A DNA stretch of 64,000 nucleotides from an uncultured Desulfosarcina sp. (GTDB taxonomy: Bacteria; Desulfobacterota; Desulfobacteria; Desulfobacterales; Desulfosarcinaceae): assembly GCA_963674945.2 (NCBI GenBank), contig CAXXWQ010000004.1:3104001-3168000 (forward strand), in the 5' to 3' direction. Below the pieces are notes generated by a model. The model was not told where the DNA came from. It searched no databases and saw nothing but the letters and a program-made list of their open reading frames with translations. Position 1 is the stretch's first letter. The number at the start of each line of letters is the position of its first letter. This document shows, piece after piece, positions 32,228-41,966 of this stretch. Position numbers and translations under genes: made by a program.

Positions 32228-32995
32228 ATGACTATGGCCTTGAGCAAGAAAGCGCCGCGAACCCTGTGTGTGACCAGCGGCAAAGGTGGTGTCGGCAAAA
32301 CCAGTTTCACGGTAAATTTTGCCATCGCCTTGACGCGAACCAACAAGCGTGTGCTGGTAATTGACGGTGACATGGGGCTGGCAAACGTGGATGTGTTGCT
32401 CCGGTTGTCCGTGAAAAACAACATCCGGGATATTTTAGAAAGCGGTGCTTCACCCCAGCAAGCGTTGATTCATGCACGGCCCAACCTGGCCATCCTGCCG
32501 GGCAGTTCGGGGGTTCCGGAGATGGTTTCATTGGGAAAGGAGCGACAAAAACGACTGTCAAAGTACATCCGTGCGGTCTCCGAAGGGTTCGACTATGTTC
32601 TCATCGACACGGCGGCAGGCATCGGATCTTCGGTGGTCTGGTATAATCGATTCTGCGATCACAATATTTTTATTTTGAGTCCTGACCCCACATCCATGAC
32701 GGATGCCTATGCACTGATCAAGTTGTTATCGAGGGATCACGACATTCATCGATTCAATCTGGTCCTCAACTTCGTTCGAGATGCACAAGAAGGCGATCAT
32801 ACCATCGAAACATTAAAGCGGGTAACCCAACGTTTTCTCAATTTAGAATTATCACATCTTGCCAGTATCCCCGATGACAAAACGGTCCGAAGGGCCGTCC
32901 TCGACCAGGTTCCCTTCATCGAGCAGGCGCCGGGAAGCAAGCCGGCCCGCATCATCGATCAACTGGCAAGACAGATCCACAATAAAATGATTTGA
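32228..32995 (+). CDS. MinD/FlhG (FleN)-family ATPase
   Basis: SGKGGVGKT, DGDMGLAN, IDTAAG, PTSMTDAYALIK. Confidence 0.9.
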   Translation: MTMALSKKAPRTLCVTSGKGGVGKTSFTVNFAIALTRTNKRVLVIDGDMGLANVDVLLRLSVKNNIRDILESGASPQQALIHARPNLAILPGSSGVPEMVSLGKERQKRLSKYIRAVSEGFDYVLIDTAAGIGSSVVWYNRFCDHNIFILSPDPTSMTDAYALIKLLSRDHDIHRFNLVLNFVRDAQEGDHTIETLKRVTQRFLNLELSHLASIPDDKTVRRAVLDQVPFIEQAPGSKPARIIDQLARQIHNKMI

Positions 32996-33933
32996 TGAAT
33001 TTTTTCCTCCTGAATCCCCGTCTGTTTCGTCTTTGCAACCGTTTTTCCGCCGGCATTTCGGTGGCGCTTTGCATTGCACGTTCCACCAATGCCTGGGGTG
33101 GTGATGGTCACATTCACGCCAATGCCTTTTGGGTGCTGGTATGGATCATCGTGCTGGTCGTGGTGGTGTTTGTCGGCTATCTGCAGCAAAATCGAATGGT
33201 ACGACGTAAAACGGCGGAACTGAAGCAGGAGCTGTTCGAACGCCAGATGGCGGAAAAGGAACTGCAGGCGATCGAACGAAGTCTCCGCCAATCGCTGGCG
33301 GAGAAGGAATCTTTGCTCAAAGAGATCCATCACCGCGTGAAGAACAACCTGCAGATCGTTTCCAGCCTGCTCTACCTTCAGGAAGAGTACATGACAGATG
33401 CCAAGGGGATTGAAATTTTGCGGGAAAGCCAAAATCGGGTGAAGTCCATGGCCTTGATCCACGAGCAGCTTTATGGTACGGCGGATCTCGCTCGAATCGA
33501 TTTTGGCCGGTACATTCAAGGGCTCGCCGCCAATCTTTTCGATGCCTACTGCATCGATCCAAACCGAATCCGACTCAATGTCAGGGCGGATGAAATCGGC
33601 TTGGGCATAGACAAGGCGGTCCCTTGCGGACTGATTATCAACGAGTTGGTTTCAAATGCCCTGAAACATGCTTTCTTGCCGGAAGTCGACGGCACCATTG
33701 ACATCTTTATCCATACACGGAAAAAGGGTCAATTCAACATCGTCGTCGCCGATAACGGCGTCGGCCTCGATCGATCATCCACGGATGCAGAAAAGCAGTC
33801 GTTGGGATTGCGACTCGTCGACACACTAACGGCGCAACTCGACGGAACCCTGACCATCGAAACGGGAAATGGCACTAGGTTCTCGATTATCGTAAACCTT
33901 TCCGAACCAGCAACAAAAGGAACGACGACATGA
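32995..33933 (+). CDS. HisKA_2-type sensor histidine kinase
   Basis: EIHHRVKNNLQ, NELVSNALKHAF, DNGVG, SLGLRL. Confidence 0.9.
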   Translation: MNFFLLNPRLFRLCNRFSAGISVALCIARSTNAWGGDGHIHANAFWVLVWIIVLVVVVFVGYLQQNRMVRRKTAELKQELFERQMAEKELQAIERSLRQSLAEKESLLKEIHHRVKNNLQIVSSLLYLQEEYMTDAKGIEILRESQNRVKSMALIHEQLYGTADLARIDFGRYIQGLAANLFDAYCIDPNRIRLNVRADEIGLGIDKAVPCGLIINELVSNALKHAFLPEVDGTIDIFIHTRKKGQFNIVVADNGVGLDRSSTDAEKQSLGLRLVDTLTAQLDGTLTIETGNGTRFSIIVNLSEPATKGTTT

Positions 33934-34598
33934 TGCAGGCAAATATTTTGGTTGTGGAAGATGAGGGTATCGTCGCACAGGAGATCAAAAGCCGTCTGGA
34001 GAAAAGCGGCTACAAGGTCTGCGCCATCGCCCATGACGGCCAGACCGCCATCGACCGCGCCGGTGAATTGCATCCGGATCTGGTGCTCATGGATATCCGC
34101 CTTAAAGGAGAAATGGACGGCATCGAAGCCGCCAGTGTGATCCAGGACCGGTTTCACCTGCCCGTCGTGTATCTTACCGCGTATACCGATCCGGCAACCT
34201 TGGAACGAGCCAAGGTCATGGATCCTTTCGGCTATGTGGTCAAGCCATTTGAGACCCGTAGCCTCATGGTATCCATTGAGATCGCCCTTCACCGGCACCG
34301 CAGCGAAACCGAAAGAATTTATCGGGAAAAGCTCGAGGCGGTACTGGAAACCGCGGGTGCCATCTGCCACGAACTGAACCAGCCAATGATGGCCATTTCC
34401 GGACAGACAGAGCTGCTTTTGGGAACCGTCGAACCCGGTGATTCCGCCCATGAGAGACTCGTTAAAATCAAATCCCAAGTGATGCGAATGGGCACCATTA
34501 CCCAGAAGCTCATGGGGATTACACGATACGAAACCAAGGATTTCGTAAGAGGCGAACGGATTGTGGATCTCGAAAAGTCATCCTTGACTTTGGGGTGA
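33930..34598 (+). CDS. Response regulator with a C-terminal HisKA-like helix pair
   Basis: ILVVEDE...MDIRL...KPF receiver, then CHELNQP without an ATPase domain. Confidence 0.88.
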   Translation: MMQANILVVEDEGIVAQEIKSRLEKSGYKVCAIAHDGQTAIDRAGELHPDLVLMDIRLKGEMDGIEAASVIQDRFHLPVVYLTAYTDPATLERAKVMDPFGYVVKPFETRSLMVSIEIALHRHRSETERIYREKLEAVLETAGAICHELNQPMMAISGQTELLLGTVEPGDSAHERLVKIKSQVMRMGTITQKLMGITRYETKDFVRGERIVDLEKSSLTLG

Positions 34599-34792
34599 GA
34601 CAGAAAAGGGCATCATTCGATTTCCCAGTGGGTCTAAAAAGCTTTTCCAGGCCAAATATGGCCAAACAATCCCATGCAAGAAACTCGTTATTATTTTTTG
34701 CAGATAGACGGAAACGAGGGAAACGCTTTTTATAAAAAAGTCCTTTTTCATTGGAATAATGAACGAGTTTCTTAGAAGAATATACGAAAGAA

Positions 34793-34857
34793 GAGGGACG
34801 AATAAAAGCAAAAGCATTTCATCCCGCTTCCATCGTCCTTCGTCCCTCGCTCGTCCC
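34793..34857. repeat. Short TCGTCC(C) repeat cluster with inverted copy
   Basis: GAGGGACGA...TCGTCCT TCGTCCC TCGC TCGTCCC between convergent genes. Confidence 0.5.
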
Positions 34858-34928
34858 ATGCGAGCGGTTGATTCCAAGTGCGGACCTCCTTCCGGCAAAA
34901 TATGAAACGATTGCCATCTTCCTTTGCC

Positions 34929-35870
34929 CTATCGACAAGCGGCATCGATACCATTGCCCGCCAGCCATTGTTCGATAAAATGAACCGTTACGCGGATGTC
35001 GGTTCCGCTTTTGTCTGCCAGAGACTGCAATTTGTCCAATTGCTCCGCTATCTCCCGGCGTTCACCAATCAACGCATAGATCTTGATGCTTCGATCCAAG
35101 TGGTCCAGTGCCGCTTTTATATTTCCTTGTTTTTCATAAAGACCGGCAATGGCACAAAGATCATCTGCCACCGCACGAAAACGTCCGGCTTTCCGATCCA
35201 TTGTGAGGGCTTGCTGGAAACAGGGCATGGCTTCGTCCTCGTTGCCCATCATCACCATCAGTCGACCGCGGGTGAAACGAAGGGACGCATCGACACCGCT
35301 TTTCCGGGAGAATGAGTCGGCCTGATCCAAGAGGGAAACCGCCTCTTCGGTTTGCCCGGTTTTCATCGCCAGCACTGCCCGATGGTTCAAGATCCGGATA
35401 CGAATGGTATCCTGTTCCAGAACGATCGACTGCGCCTCATCCAGAACCACCCTAGCGCCGGGAAAATCTTCCATTTCCAGCAATAAGGCCGCCTTGTTTG
35501 CCAATGCCTGGGCCGCCACCGATCGGTCTTCGCAATTTTCGGCTTCAGAGCACTTGGACGTTGAAATGGCGGCATCGTAAAAGAGTATCGCGTTCTTTTG
35601 ATCACCCATAAGGCGATAGGCATTGCCGATTCCATCCATGCTACGGGCCACACCAATTCGGTTGTCCACGAGGCAATAGTACTCGTGGGCCGCGAAAAAG
35701 TGATCCAAGGCTTTTCGCACACATCCTTTTTGGTACCAAGAGACACCCCGTTGCATCTCCCGACCTCCCTTTTCAATTGATTCAGCCGATGCAGACGTTG
35801 CGGGCACCGAGGCACATGAAGATATAAACAGAGAAGCCAATGCCAGAATGAGAACCCAGGTATGTTTCAT
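34929..35870 (-). CDS. TPR-repeat lipoprotein
   Basis: Lipobox ISSC; TPR-like repeats. Confidence 0.82.
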   Translation of the reverse strand: MKHTWVLILALASLFISSCASVPATSASAESIEKGGREMQRGVSWYQKGCVRKALDHFFAAHEYYCLVDNRIGVARSMDGIGNAYRLMGDQKNAILFYDAAISTSKCSEAENCEDRSVAAQALANKAALLLEMEDFPGARVVLDEAQSIVLEQDTIRIRILNHRAVLAMKTGQTEEAVSLLDQADSFSRKSGVDASLRFTRGRLMVMMGNEDEAMPCFQQALTMDRKAGRFRAVADDLCAIAGLYEKQGNIKAALDHLDRSIKIYALIGERREIAEQLDKLQSLADKSGTDIRVTVHFIEQWLAGNGIDAACR

Positions 35871-35959
35871 CTTTTCTTTTCCATTTTTTTGTGATTTTCT
35901 GTGTTATGTTATACATAAAATGAAATCGTCGGGTCAAATTCAATCACGAACCGAGATCG

Positions 35960-35989
35960 TTGACATCACTGTTGGGCCTTTGATATTAA
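35960..35989 (+). promoter_or_regulatory. sigma70-type promoter of the alaC leader
   Basis: TTGACA-18 nt-TATTAA with extended -10 TG. Confidence 0.6.
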
Positions 35990-36025
35990 AGGCAACAGAG
36001 AAAATGCATGATGGAGATAAGTGAG

Positions 36026-36079
36026 ATGAACGGCAACATTCATACGTCAGCGGCGGCCGCAACGGACACGGTCCATTGA
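36026..36079 (+). CDS. Putative Ala-rich attenuator leader peptide MNGNIHTSAAAATDTVH
   Basis: GGAG RBS at 36013-36016, ATG 36026, GCG GCG GCC GCA at 36050-36061, TGA 36077-36079; precedes a terminator and alaC. Confidence 0.7.
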   Translation: MNGNIHTSAAAATDTVH

Positions 36080-36156
36080 CGGTCGGCACCAGCATTACAG
36101 ACAGCTGAACAACCGAACATCATTGGGCCGAACCTGCCACCGGCCCTGTTCGCTTC

Positions 36157-36188
36157 AACCCCTGGCCGGTCGGCCGGGGGTTTTTTTT
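36157..36188 (+). terminator. Intrinsic terminator (attenuator) in the alaC 5' leader
   Basis: AACCCCTGGCC-GGTC-GGCCGGGGGTT stem with a T8 tract, about 48 nt before the alaC ATG. Confidence 0.85.
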
Positions 36189-36235
36189 GGTTACGGGTGG
36201 TGGCGGTGTGGAAAGCCCAAAGAAAAGAGAAAACC

Positions 36236-37441
36236 ATGGACAAAAATTCGAATATCCGTTTCGCGGACCGTATGTCCCAACTTCCACCATACCTTTTTGG
36301 TATGATCAACAAGATGAAAATGGAACGGCGTTGGAACGGAGAAGACGTCATCGATCTGGGCATGGGGAATCCCGTGGATCCGGCGCCGGATACGGTCATC
36401 GGTAAATTGTGTGAAGTGGCCCAGGATCCCAAGACCCATCGTTACCCGGTAGCCGGCGGAATGCGAAATCTGCGACGGGAGATCGCCAGTTACTATGAAC
36501 GAAATTACGGGGTTCCCCTCACATCGGAAGAGGAGGTAATCTGCACCATTGGTTCAAAAGAGGGAATCTCCCATCTGTGTCTCGCTCTGGTGGGACCGGG
36601 CGACACGGTTTTGGTGGCCGCTCCGGCCTTTCCCATTCACGTATATGCCGCCGTCATCGCAGGAGCGAGTGTGATCCGTGTACCCCTTGCATCGGAAGAT
36701 GAATTCTTGCAGCGCATCACCACAATGTGCGAATCATTGACGCCCGGCCCCCGTCTGCTCTTGCTCAACTATCCCCACAACCCGACGGGTACCGTGGCTT
36801 CAAAGGCCTTTTTCGCCCAGATCGTGACCCTGGCAAAACGCTATGGCTTCATGGTCGTCAACGATTTCGCCTATGCCCGTGTCACCTTCGACGGTTATGT
36901 TGCCCCCAGCTTCATGGAGATTCCTGGCGCAAAAGACGTGGGTGTGGAATTTGGTTCATTCTCCAAATCCTACAACATGGCCGGCTGGCGTGTGGGGTAT
37001 TGTGTCGGCAACGCGAAAATCATCGAAGGCTTGGGAAGGATTAAGGGGTACTATGACTACGGCATCTTTTCCCCCATCCAGATTGCCGGTATCGTGGCCA
37101 TGCGTGATTGCGAAGACGACATCGCCAATCAGGTGAAGCTTTACCAGAGTCGGCGGGACGTGATGTGCGAGGGGCTGGAGCGCTTGGGATGGCCGGTGGA
37201 AAGACCAAAGGCCGGTATGTTCGTTTGGGTGAAGATTCCCGAACCCTGGTGCCGCATGGGGTCCGTAAAGTTCGCAATCGAGATGATGGAGCGGGCAAAT
37301 GTGGCGGTCACCCCCGGAGCCGGCTTCGGGGAAGAGGGGGACGGATACCTGCGTCTGGCCCTGGTGGAAAACGAAAACCGCATCCGCCAGGCGCTCCGCC
37401 AGATGCGCCGGGCCATGGCGGACATGGAGCGAACAGGATAA
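36236..37441 (+). CDS. alaC: Class I/II PLP aminotransferase, AlaC-like (glutamate-pyruvate)
   Basis: LPPYLF, GSKEGISHL, FPIHVYAAVIAGA, SKSYNMAGWRVG, RIKGYYDYG, ALVENENRIRQA resemble AlaC/YfdZ as recalled; LL-DAP aminotransferase is the less likely alternative. Confidence 0.78.
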   Translation: MDKNSNIRFADRMSQLPPYLFGMINKMKMERRWNGEDVIDLGMGNPVDPAPDTVIGKLCEVAQDPKTHRYPVAGGMRNLRREIASYYERNYGVPLTSEEEVICTIGSKEGISHLCLALVGPGDTVLVAAPAFPIHVYAAVIAGASVIRVPLASEDEFLQRITTMCESLTPGPRLLLLNYPHNPTGTVASKAFFAQIVTLAKRYGFMVVNDFAYARVTFDGYVAPSFMEIPGAKDVGVEFGSFSKSYNMAGWRVGYCVGNAKIIEGLGRIKGYYDYGIFSPIQIAGIVAMRDCEDDIANQVKLYQSRRDVMCEGLERLGWPVERPKAGMFVWVKIPEPWCRMGSVKFAIEMMERANVAVTPGAGFGEEGDGYLRLALVENENRIRQALRQMRRAMADMERTG

Positions 37442-37913
37442 TTCTATTCGTTACAACACGAATCTCAAAAGTTGAGTCATAAGGATATCACCCGGCTGCC
37501 GGATTGCTAGTTGGGACAGATGGGGATGATTTTATGCGTTTTGACATCTACCTAAATAGTATCGCATATTTTCATCCCCGGCCCCTAAAGTCCTCAAAAA
37601 AAGGGTTGCGGCTAATAAACGCGACCCTTTGATTTCACTTGAAAGCTGAGTGAGATGGATTGAAGCTACGATGGCCTATATATTCTGTCTCTTATAATAG
37701 GCTTCGTCCCCTTATCGCCTTTATAAATACCTCAGGAATTAATCGAGATATTTCAGATGCGCCATTTCTTGTGCCTTCTGTTTTGACTTGGCAAATTCGG
37801 AAAAGTCTTTATCGGTTCTCTGCTCAAGGGATGAACGTACCTCACTAACCTCCTTTTTCGATGTAAGCAGTCCCTTCACCTCTTTCATTTTCACTTTTTT
37901 CAATGAGTTCATT

Positions 37914-38634
37914 TCATACCTCGCAGAGATTATTTATGTAACAATAATATGGCGTTATTTGATTTGCGTCAAGGTTGCCAAACCTAAACCGTCCAGGATC
38001 ATCCGTCAAGAAATTTCGGTCGTTAAGCAAAAGGAAGTCCGGATAATGGATCGATAGAAATGCAAATCTGTCATAGTGATTTGCCGTGCTATCGAATAGT
38101 ATCTCGCCGGCAATCTTGCATTCTTTATATAATTCTGGCGTAGAAATTTCACACACCCAGATAAATTTCGGCATCTCCGAAATCGAATTCCAAGGATGCC
38201 TTTTGCCGTATCTTTTCTTCTTGGGTGTCCGTTGTTCCATCGACATCAGGGACTTTAGCTCCTTCGTCGGAAACCAGGATCGCTTTTTGTTTTTCCTCTA
38301 ATTTTTTCAGCTCCTGCTCAATGCAGACTTTAAGATAGGACCTGTCGAATTTATCCGAAAGCGCCTTTTCGATCTCGATGAGAATATCGTCTCCTAAAAG
38401 AGATAGCGTGTGTTCATTGGGCCGGATTGAGATGGAGGTGTTATCACCGGTTTTCACATGCTCAAAAAGCGTCTGCGTAAAACCACTGAACAAGGAGAGA
38501 TCGAGAGTCAATTCATCATTTGTCCATCGATAATTAATCAGGGTGCGGAAATTGAATCGGGTTTCTGTAAAGGCAGCGAAATAATTGAGGATGCTTAGAG
38601 TAAGCCTGTTTTTTTCAGAAGGAGTATCAACCAT
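37914..38634 (-). pseudogene. Frameshifted hypothetical protein
   Basis: The 161-aa ORF ends at GGTGTGTGA. A second frame continues CEISTPELY... to 37914, consistent with a GT-repeat slip. Confidence 0.55.
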
Positions 38635-38859
38635 TTACTCAACTTTCAGGATTTACCGCCAGGCGATGCAAAACATAAAATATGCTGAAAAAAGAACTGA
38701 GCGATCAAGCTTAGTAAGATAGCTTCATATTAAAAAAATACAACGATATCAAAAGGAAAGGATCGCAAGATTTATAACAGTATTACACTGCAAACTCAAG
38801 CTGGAATCTGTGAGCACAGAAAAATCACAGGTGGCCCCCTAAATAGGGAAGGACCTTCC

Positions 38860-39147
38860 TGCGGGGAGTCGGGGACCAAATATCGTTTGAAAGGATCGGG
38901 TGGCGAGCCTTTTGAAATGCCTCTTGGAAAAAATGAGAAAGAAATCATTGCCCATATCCAGCGGCAGGGCTCAATTACCAATGCCGAATGCCGGGACTTG
39001 TTAGGTGCCAATCTTGACGATATCTCGTACATTCTTAAAAAATGACCGAAAAAGGTGGCAATGAAAAAAATAGGAAAAGGCAGATGGACCCGTTATGAAT
39101 TGTCTGGATGTCTATTTGGAATTCTATTCGTAATTTCCAAATAGAAT
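38860..39147 (+). pseudogene. C-terminal winged-helix fragment (type found at the end of AlbA/RecG-C regulators)
   Basis: EKEIIAHIQRQGSITNAECRDLLG...SYILKK*...KKIGKGRWTRYEL with an internal TGA at 39043-39045; N-terminal part absent. Confidence 0.55.
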
Positions 39148-39160
39148 TACGAATAGAATT
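39120..39160. repeat. Perfect 16-bp inverted repeat
   Basis: AATTCTATTCGTAATT-9 nt-AATTACGAATAGAATT. Confidence 0.85.
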
Positions 39161-39342
39161 TTCATCACTATGGGCAACCTGACTCAAAAAATTAAAACAA
39201 GCGATCCAATCTGAGTGAGCCGGGGAGGTCGCGATTGCGCGTTTCTTCCTTCCGGCTCTCCGATCAGGTTCTTATTTCTACCTTGACGGCTAATCCGCCA
39301 CCATTTTTCGTATTACATAATGCAGGTGCAGAAAAAACGACT

Positions 39343-40158
39343 TTACAGGGATATCACCCGGCTGCCGGATCGTTGATCCGCAACGTGCAGTGTCGTCTGC
39401 GTACCTGTAAGCACCGTCTCCACCGTTTTTCTTGCGATGTCCGGGGTATTGTTCTCTTCGCTCAGGTGAGCGAGGATCACATGGGCCAGGCGGTCGTGGC
39501 GCAGCGTTTCCAGGAGCAAGGCGGCATCTTCATTGGAGAGGTGGCCGCTGCGGCCGCGAATTCGCTGTTTCAAAGGCCACGGATAGGGGCCGTCGACGAG
39601 CATCTGAGGATCGTGATTGGCCTCGAGAATGAGAATATCAGTCTCTTCCAAATGGGTTCTCACCACACCGGTGACGATGCCAAGATCCGTTGCCACTCCC
39701 AATTTCGTGCCGTTTGCGCCGATGGCAAAGCCCGCCGGGTCCGTGGCATCGTGGGAGACAGAGAACGGGTGGATGGACAAGCCACCGATGGAAAAGGCCT
39801 GCCCGCAGGAAAATGGGCATACCCGGGGCAGTTTTCCCAGGGATTTTGCCGATGCCTTCCAGGTTGGATCGTTGACGTGAACCGATAGATTGAATCGTCG
39901 GGCGAGTACTCCCACGCCTTGAATATGATCGGTATGTTCGTGAGAGACGACGATGGCATCCAGATCTTTCGGATCCAATCCCTTCTCGGCCATGCGATGC
40001 TGGATCTGGATTCCTGAAAGCCCTGCATCGATCAAAATGGCCGTGCTGCCGTCACTGACATAGGTGGCATTTCCCCGGCTGCCGCTTGCCAGAACGGCGA
40101 CCGAGATACGCGGCTTGTCCGTGGGGGGATGCGGTTTTTTATTGTTCCGGTGGACCAT
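39343..40158 (-). CDS. MBL-fold metallohydrolase (YycJ/WalJ-like)
   Basis: LASGSRGNA, SHEHTDH, HDA, EANHD, GHLSN, AHLSEENN. Confidence 0.92.
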   Translation of the reverse strand: MVHRNNKKPHPPTDKPRISVAVLASGSRGNATYVSDGSTAILIDAGLSGIQIQHRMAEKGLDPKDLDAIVVSHEHTDHIQGVGVLARRFNLSVHVNDPTWKASAKSLGKLPRVCPFSCGQAFSIGGLSIHPFSVSHDATDPAGFAIGANGTKLGVATDLGIVTGVVRTHLEETDILILEANHDPQMLVDGPYPWPLKQRIRGRSGHLSNEDAALLLETLRHDRLAHVILAHLSEENNTPDIARKTVETVLTGTQTTLHVADQRSGSRVISL

Positions 40159-40159
40159 A

Positions 40160-40624
40160 TCATCGACCCGTGTGGCCGAAACCACCGCTACTCCGGTCAG
40201 TTTCGTCGAGTCGATCCACGACGTTCACCCGGACGCGGTAGACCTGCTGAATGACCATTTGCGCAATACGGTCCCCCCGTTTCAATGTCACGGGTTCCGA
40301 CCCCAGGTTAATCAAAGCGACCTTGACTTCTCCCCTGTAATCGGCATCAATGGTTCCCGGGGAATTAATGATGCCGATGCCGTGTTTTACGGCAAGGCCG
40401 CTGCGTGGCCGAATCTGGGCCTCGTAGCCATCGGGAAGGGCCATGGCGAATCCAGTGGGCACCAGCTGGATGCGGCCGGGCATGATCACCAACGCTGTAT
40501 CGATTGCGGCGCAGATATCCATGCCGGCACTCTGCTCGGTCATGTATCGCGGAAGCGGGATATCATTGTCTTTTTCCGGGCAAAGTCTGCGAAGGGCGAC
40601 AACGGGAGACGGATGTTTCGGCAA
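40160..40624 (-). CDS. dut: dUTP diphosphatase
   Basis: [34 protein letters not shown] start is uncertain. Confidence 0.93.
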   Translation of the reverse strand: MPKHPSPVVALRRLCPEKDNDIPLPRYMTEQSAGMDICAAIDTALVIMPGRIQLVPTGFAMALPDGYEAQIRPRSGLAVKHGIGIINSPGTIDADYRGEVKVALINLGSEPVTLKRGDRIAQMVIQQVYRVRVNVVDRLDETDRSSGGFGHTGR

Positions 40625-40691
40625 AATGGATACCTGACGTTTGCGTTTACTGCGGTTTGCGATCGGTTGTTCTTTTCTGGTTAGGCGCTGT

Positions 40692-41966
40692 CTACAGGGA
40701 CAGCAATCCGGAAAGTTCGGTCTGGTCACAGGCCGGTCCTAACACGGATATGGCCGCGTGACAATCCTTCCATAGGGTTTCGGCCAGAAAGAGCAGGTCC
40801 GAAGTGGTGACCGCGTCGATATGATCGATCACCGTCTGCAAAGGGATGGATCGGCCGAAATAGAATTCGTTTTGGGCCAGGCGAACCATCTGGTTGTCCG
40901 GGCTCTCGGCGGCCATCAAGAGGTTGCCTTTTGTGAATTCCTTGGCGTCTTCGAGCACGTCGGTGGGTATCGGCTCACGCCGCAGTCGGCGAAACTGTTC
41001 CATGATCAAATCGACCACAGTCGTAACATCCTCAGGACCGACGGCCGTGCAGACGCCGAACATGCCGGCATCTTGATAGGCGTTGAGAAAAGAGTAGATC
41101 GAATAGGCCAGTCCCCGCTCTTCACGGACGATCTGAAAGAGTCGGCTGCTCATGTTGCCACCCAGAATGGTATTGAGAAGGGCTGCGGCGAATCTGCGTG
41201 GATCGACGACGGATACGCCGGGCAGTCCCAGACAGATGTGGGTCTGTTCAAGGTCCCGATGTTTGCGTTGGATCCCGCATCCTGTGGCTGGCGGTGTTCT
41301 GGGGGCAAAGCCGTTACCCTTTTCGATCGTGGAGAAAAAAGGGGCGATTTTCTCCAGCAGATTTTGGTGATCCAGATTGCCGGCCAAGGCGACGACGATT
41401 CGGTCCGGCTGATAGAGCCGCTTGAAAAAGTTCTTGATGTTCCGGCTGTTGAAACCCAGAATATTCTCACTCGAACCGAGAATGGAACGGCCCAGTTGAT
41501 GGTCTCCCCAAAAGGCCGGTCCCATCATCGTGTGGACCAGCTCCTCGGGGCTGTCTTCCACCATCTTGATTTCCTGGAAGATTACGGGTCTCTCCCGTTC
41601 GACCTCTTGATCATCGAAGACCGAATTGAGAAAAATATCGGAGAGGATGTCCACCATCGTATCCAACCGGGAGTCCAGAACCCGTGCATGGTAACAGGTG
41701 TGCTCCATTGCCGTGAAGGCATTGGTCTGTCCACCGATGGCGTCAAACTCTTTGGCGATCTGAAAGGCGGTCCGGCGGGTCGTCCCTTTGAATATCATAT
41801 GCTCGATAAAATGGGACAAACCGGCTTCGGCGTCGGTTTCGTCACGGGCTCCGACGCAAACCCATACTCCCATGGAGACGGAACGTACGTGGGGCATGGT
41901 CAGTGATATGACACGGACACCATTTTCAAGGGTGGTTCTATTGATCTTCGGATTCTCGTTGTTCAT
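40692..41966 (-). CDS. M16 family zinc peptidase
   Basis: HFIEH motif, [15 protein letters not shown]; follows pnp. Confidence 0.93.
   Translation of the reverse strand: MNNENPKINRTTLENGVRVISLTMPHVRSVSMGVWVCVGARDETDAEAGLSHFIEHMIFKGTTRRTAFQIAKEFDAIGGQTNAFTAMEHTCYHARVLDSRLDTMVDILSDIFLNSVFDDQEVERERPVIFQEIKMVEDSPEELVHTMMGPAFWGDHQLGRSILGSSENILGFNSRNIKNFFKRLYQPDRIVVALAGNLDHQNLLEKIAPFFSTIEKGNGFAPRTPPATGCGIQRKHRDLEQTHICLGLPGVSVVDPRRFAAALLNTILGGNMSSRLFQIVREERGLAYSIYSFLNAYQDAGMFGVCTAVGPEDVTTVVDLIMEQFRRLRREPIPTDVLEDAKEFTKGNLLMAAESPDNQMVRLAQNEFYFGRSIPLQTVIDHIDAVTTSDLLFLAETLWKDCHAAISVLGPACDQTELSGLLSL

Larger units (their letters stand above)
37478..39370. mobile_element. Decayed genomic islet integrated in the 3' end of the yycJ-like gene
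   Basis: 22-bp direct repeat GGATATCACCCGGCTGCCGGAT at 37483-37504 and 39349-39370; AT-rich interior with gene fragments; no integrase seen. Confidence 0.7.

Noticed and set aside
36000..36190. T-box or metabolite riboswitch as the explanation for the alaC leader terminator
   Set aside because: No T-box UGGNACC bulge motif or recognisable aptamer consensus seen; the Ala-run uORF explains the layout better. An Rfam scan is still advisable.
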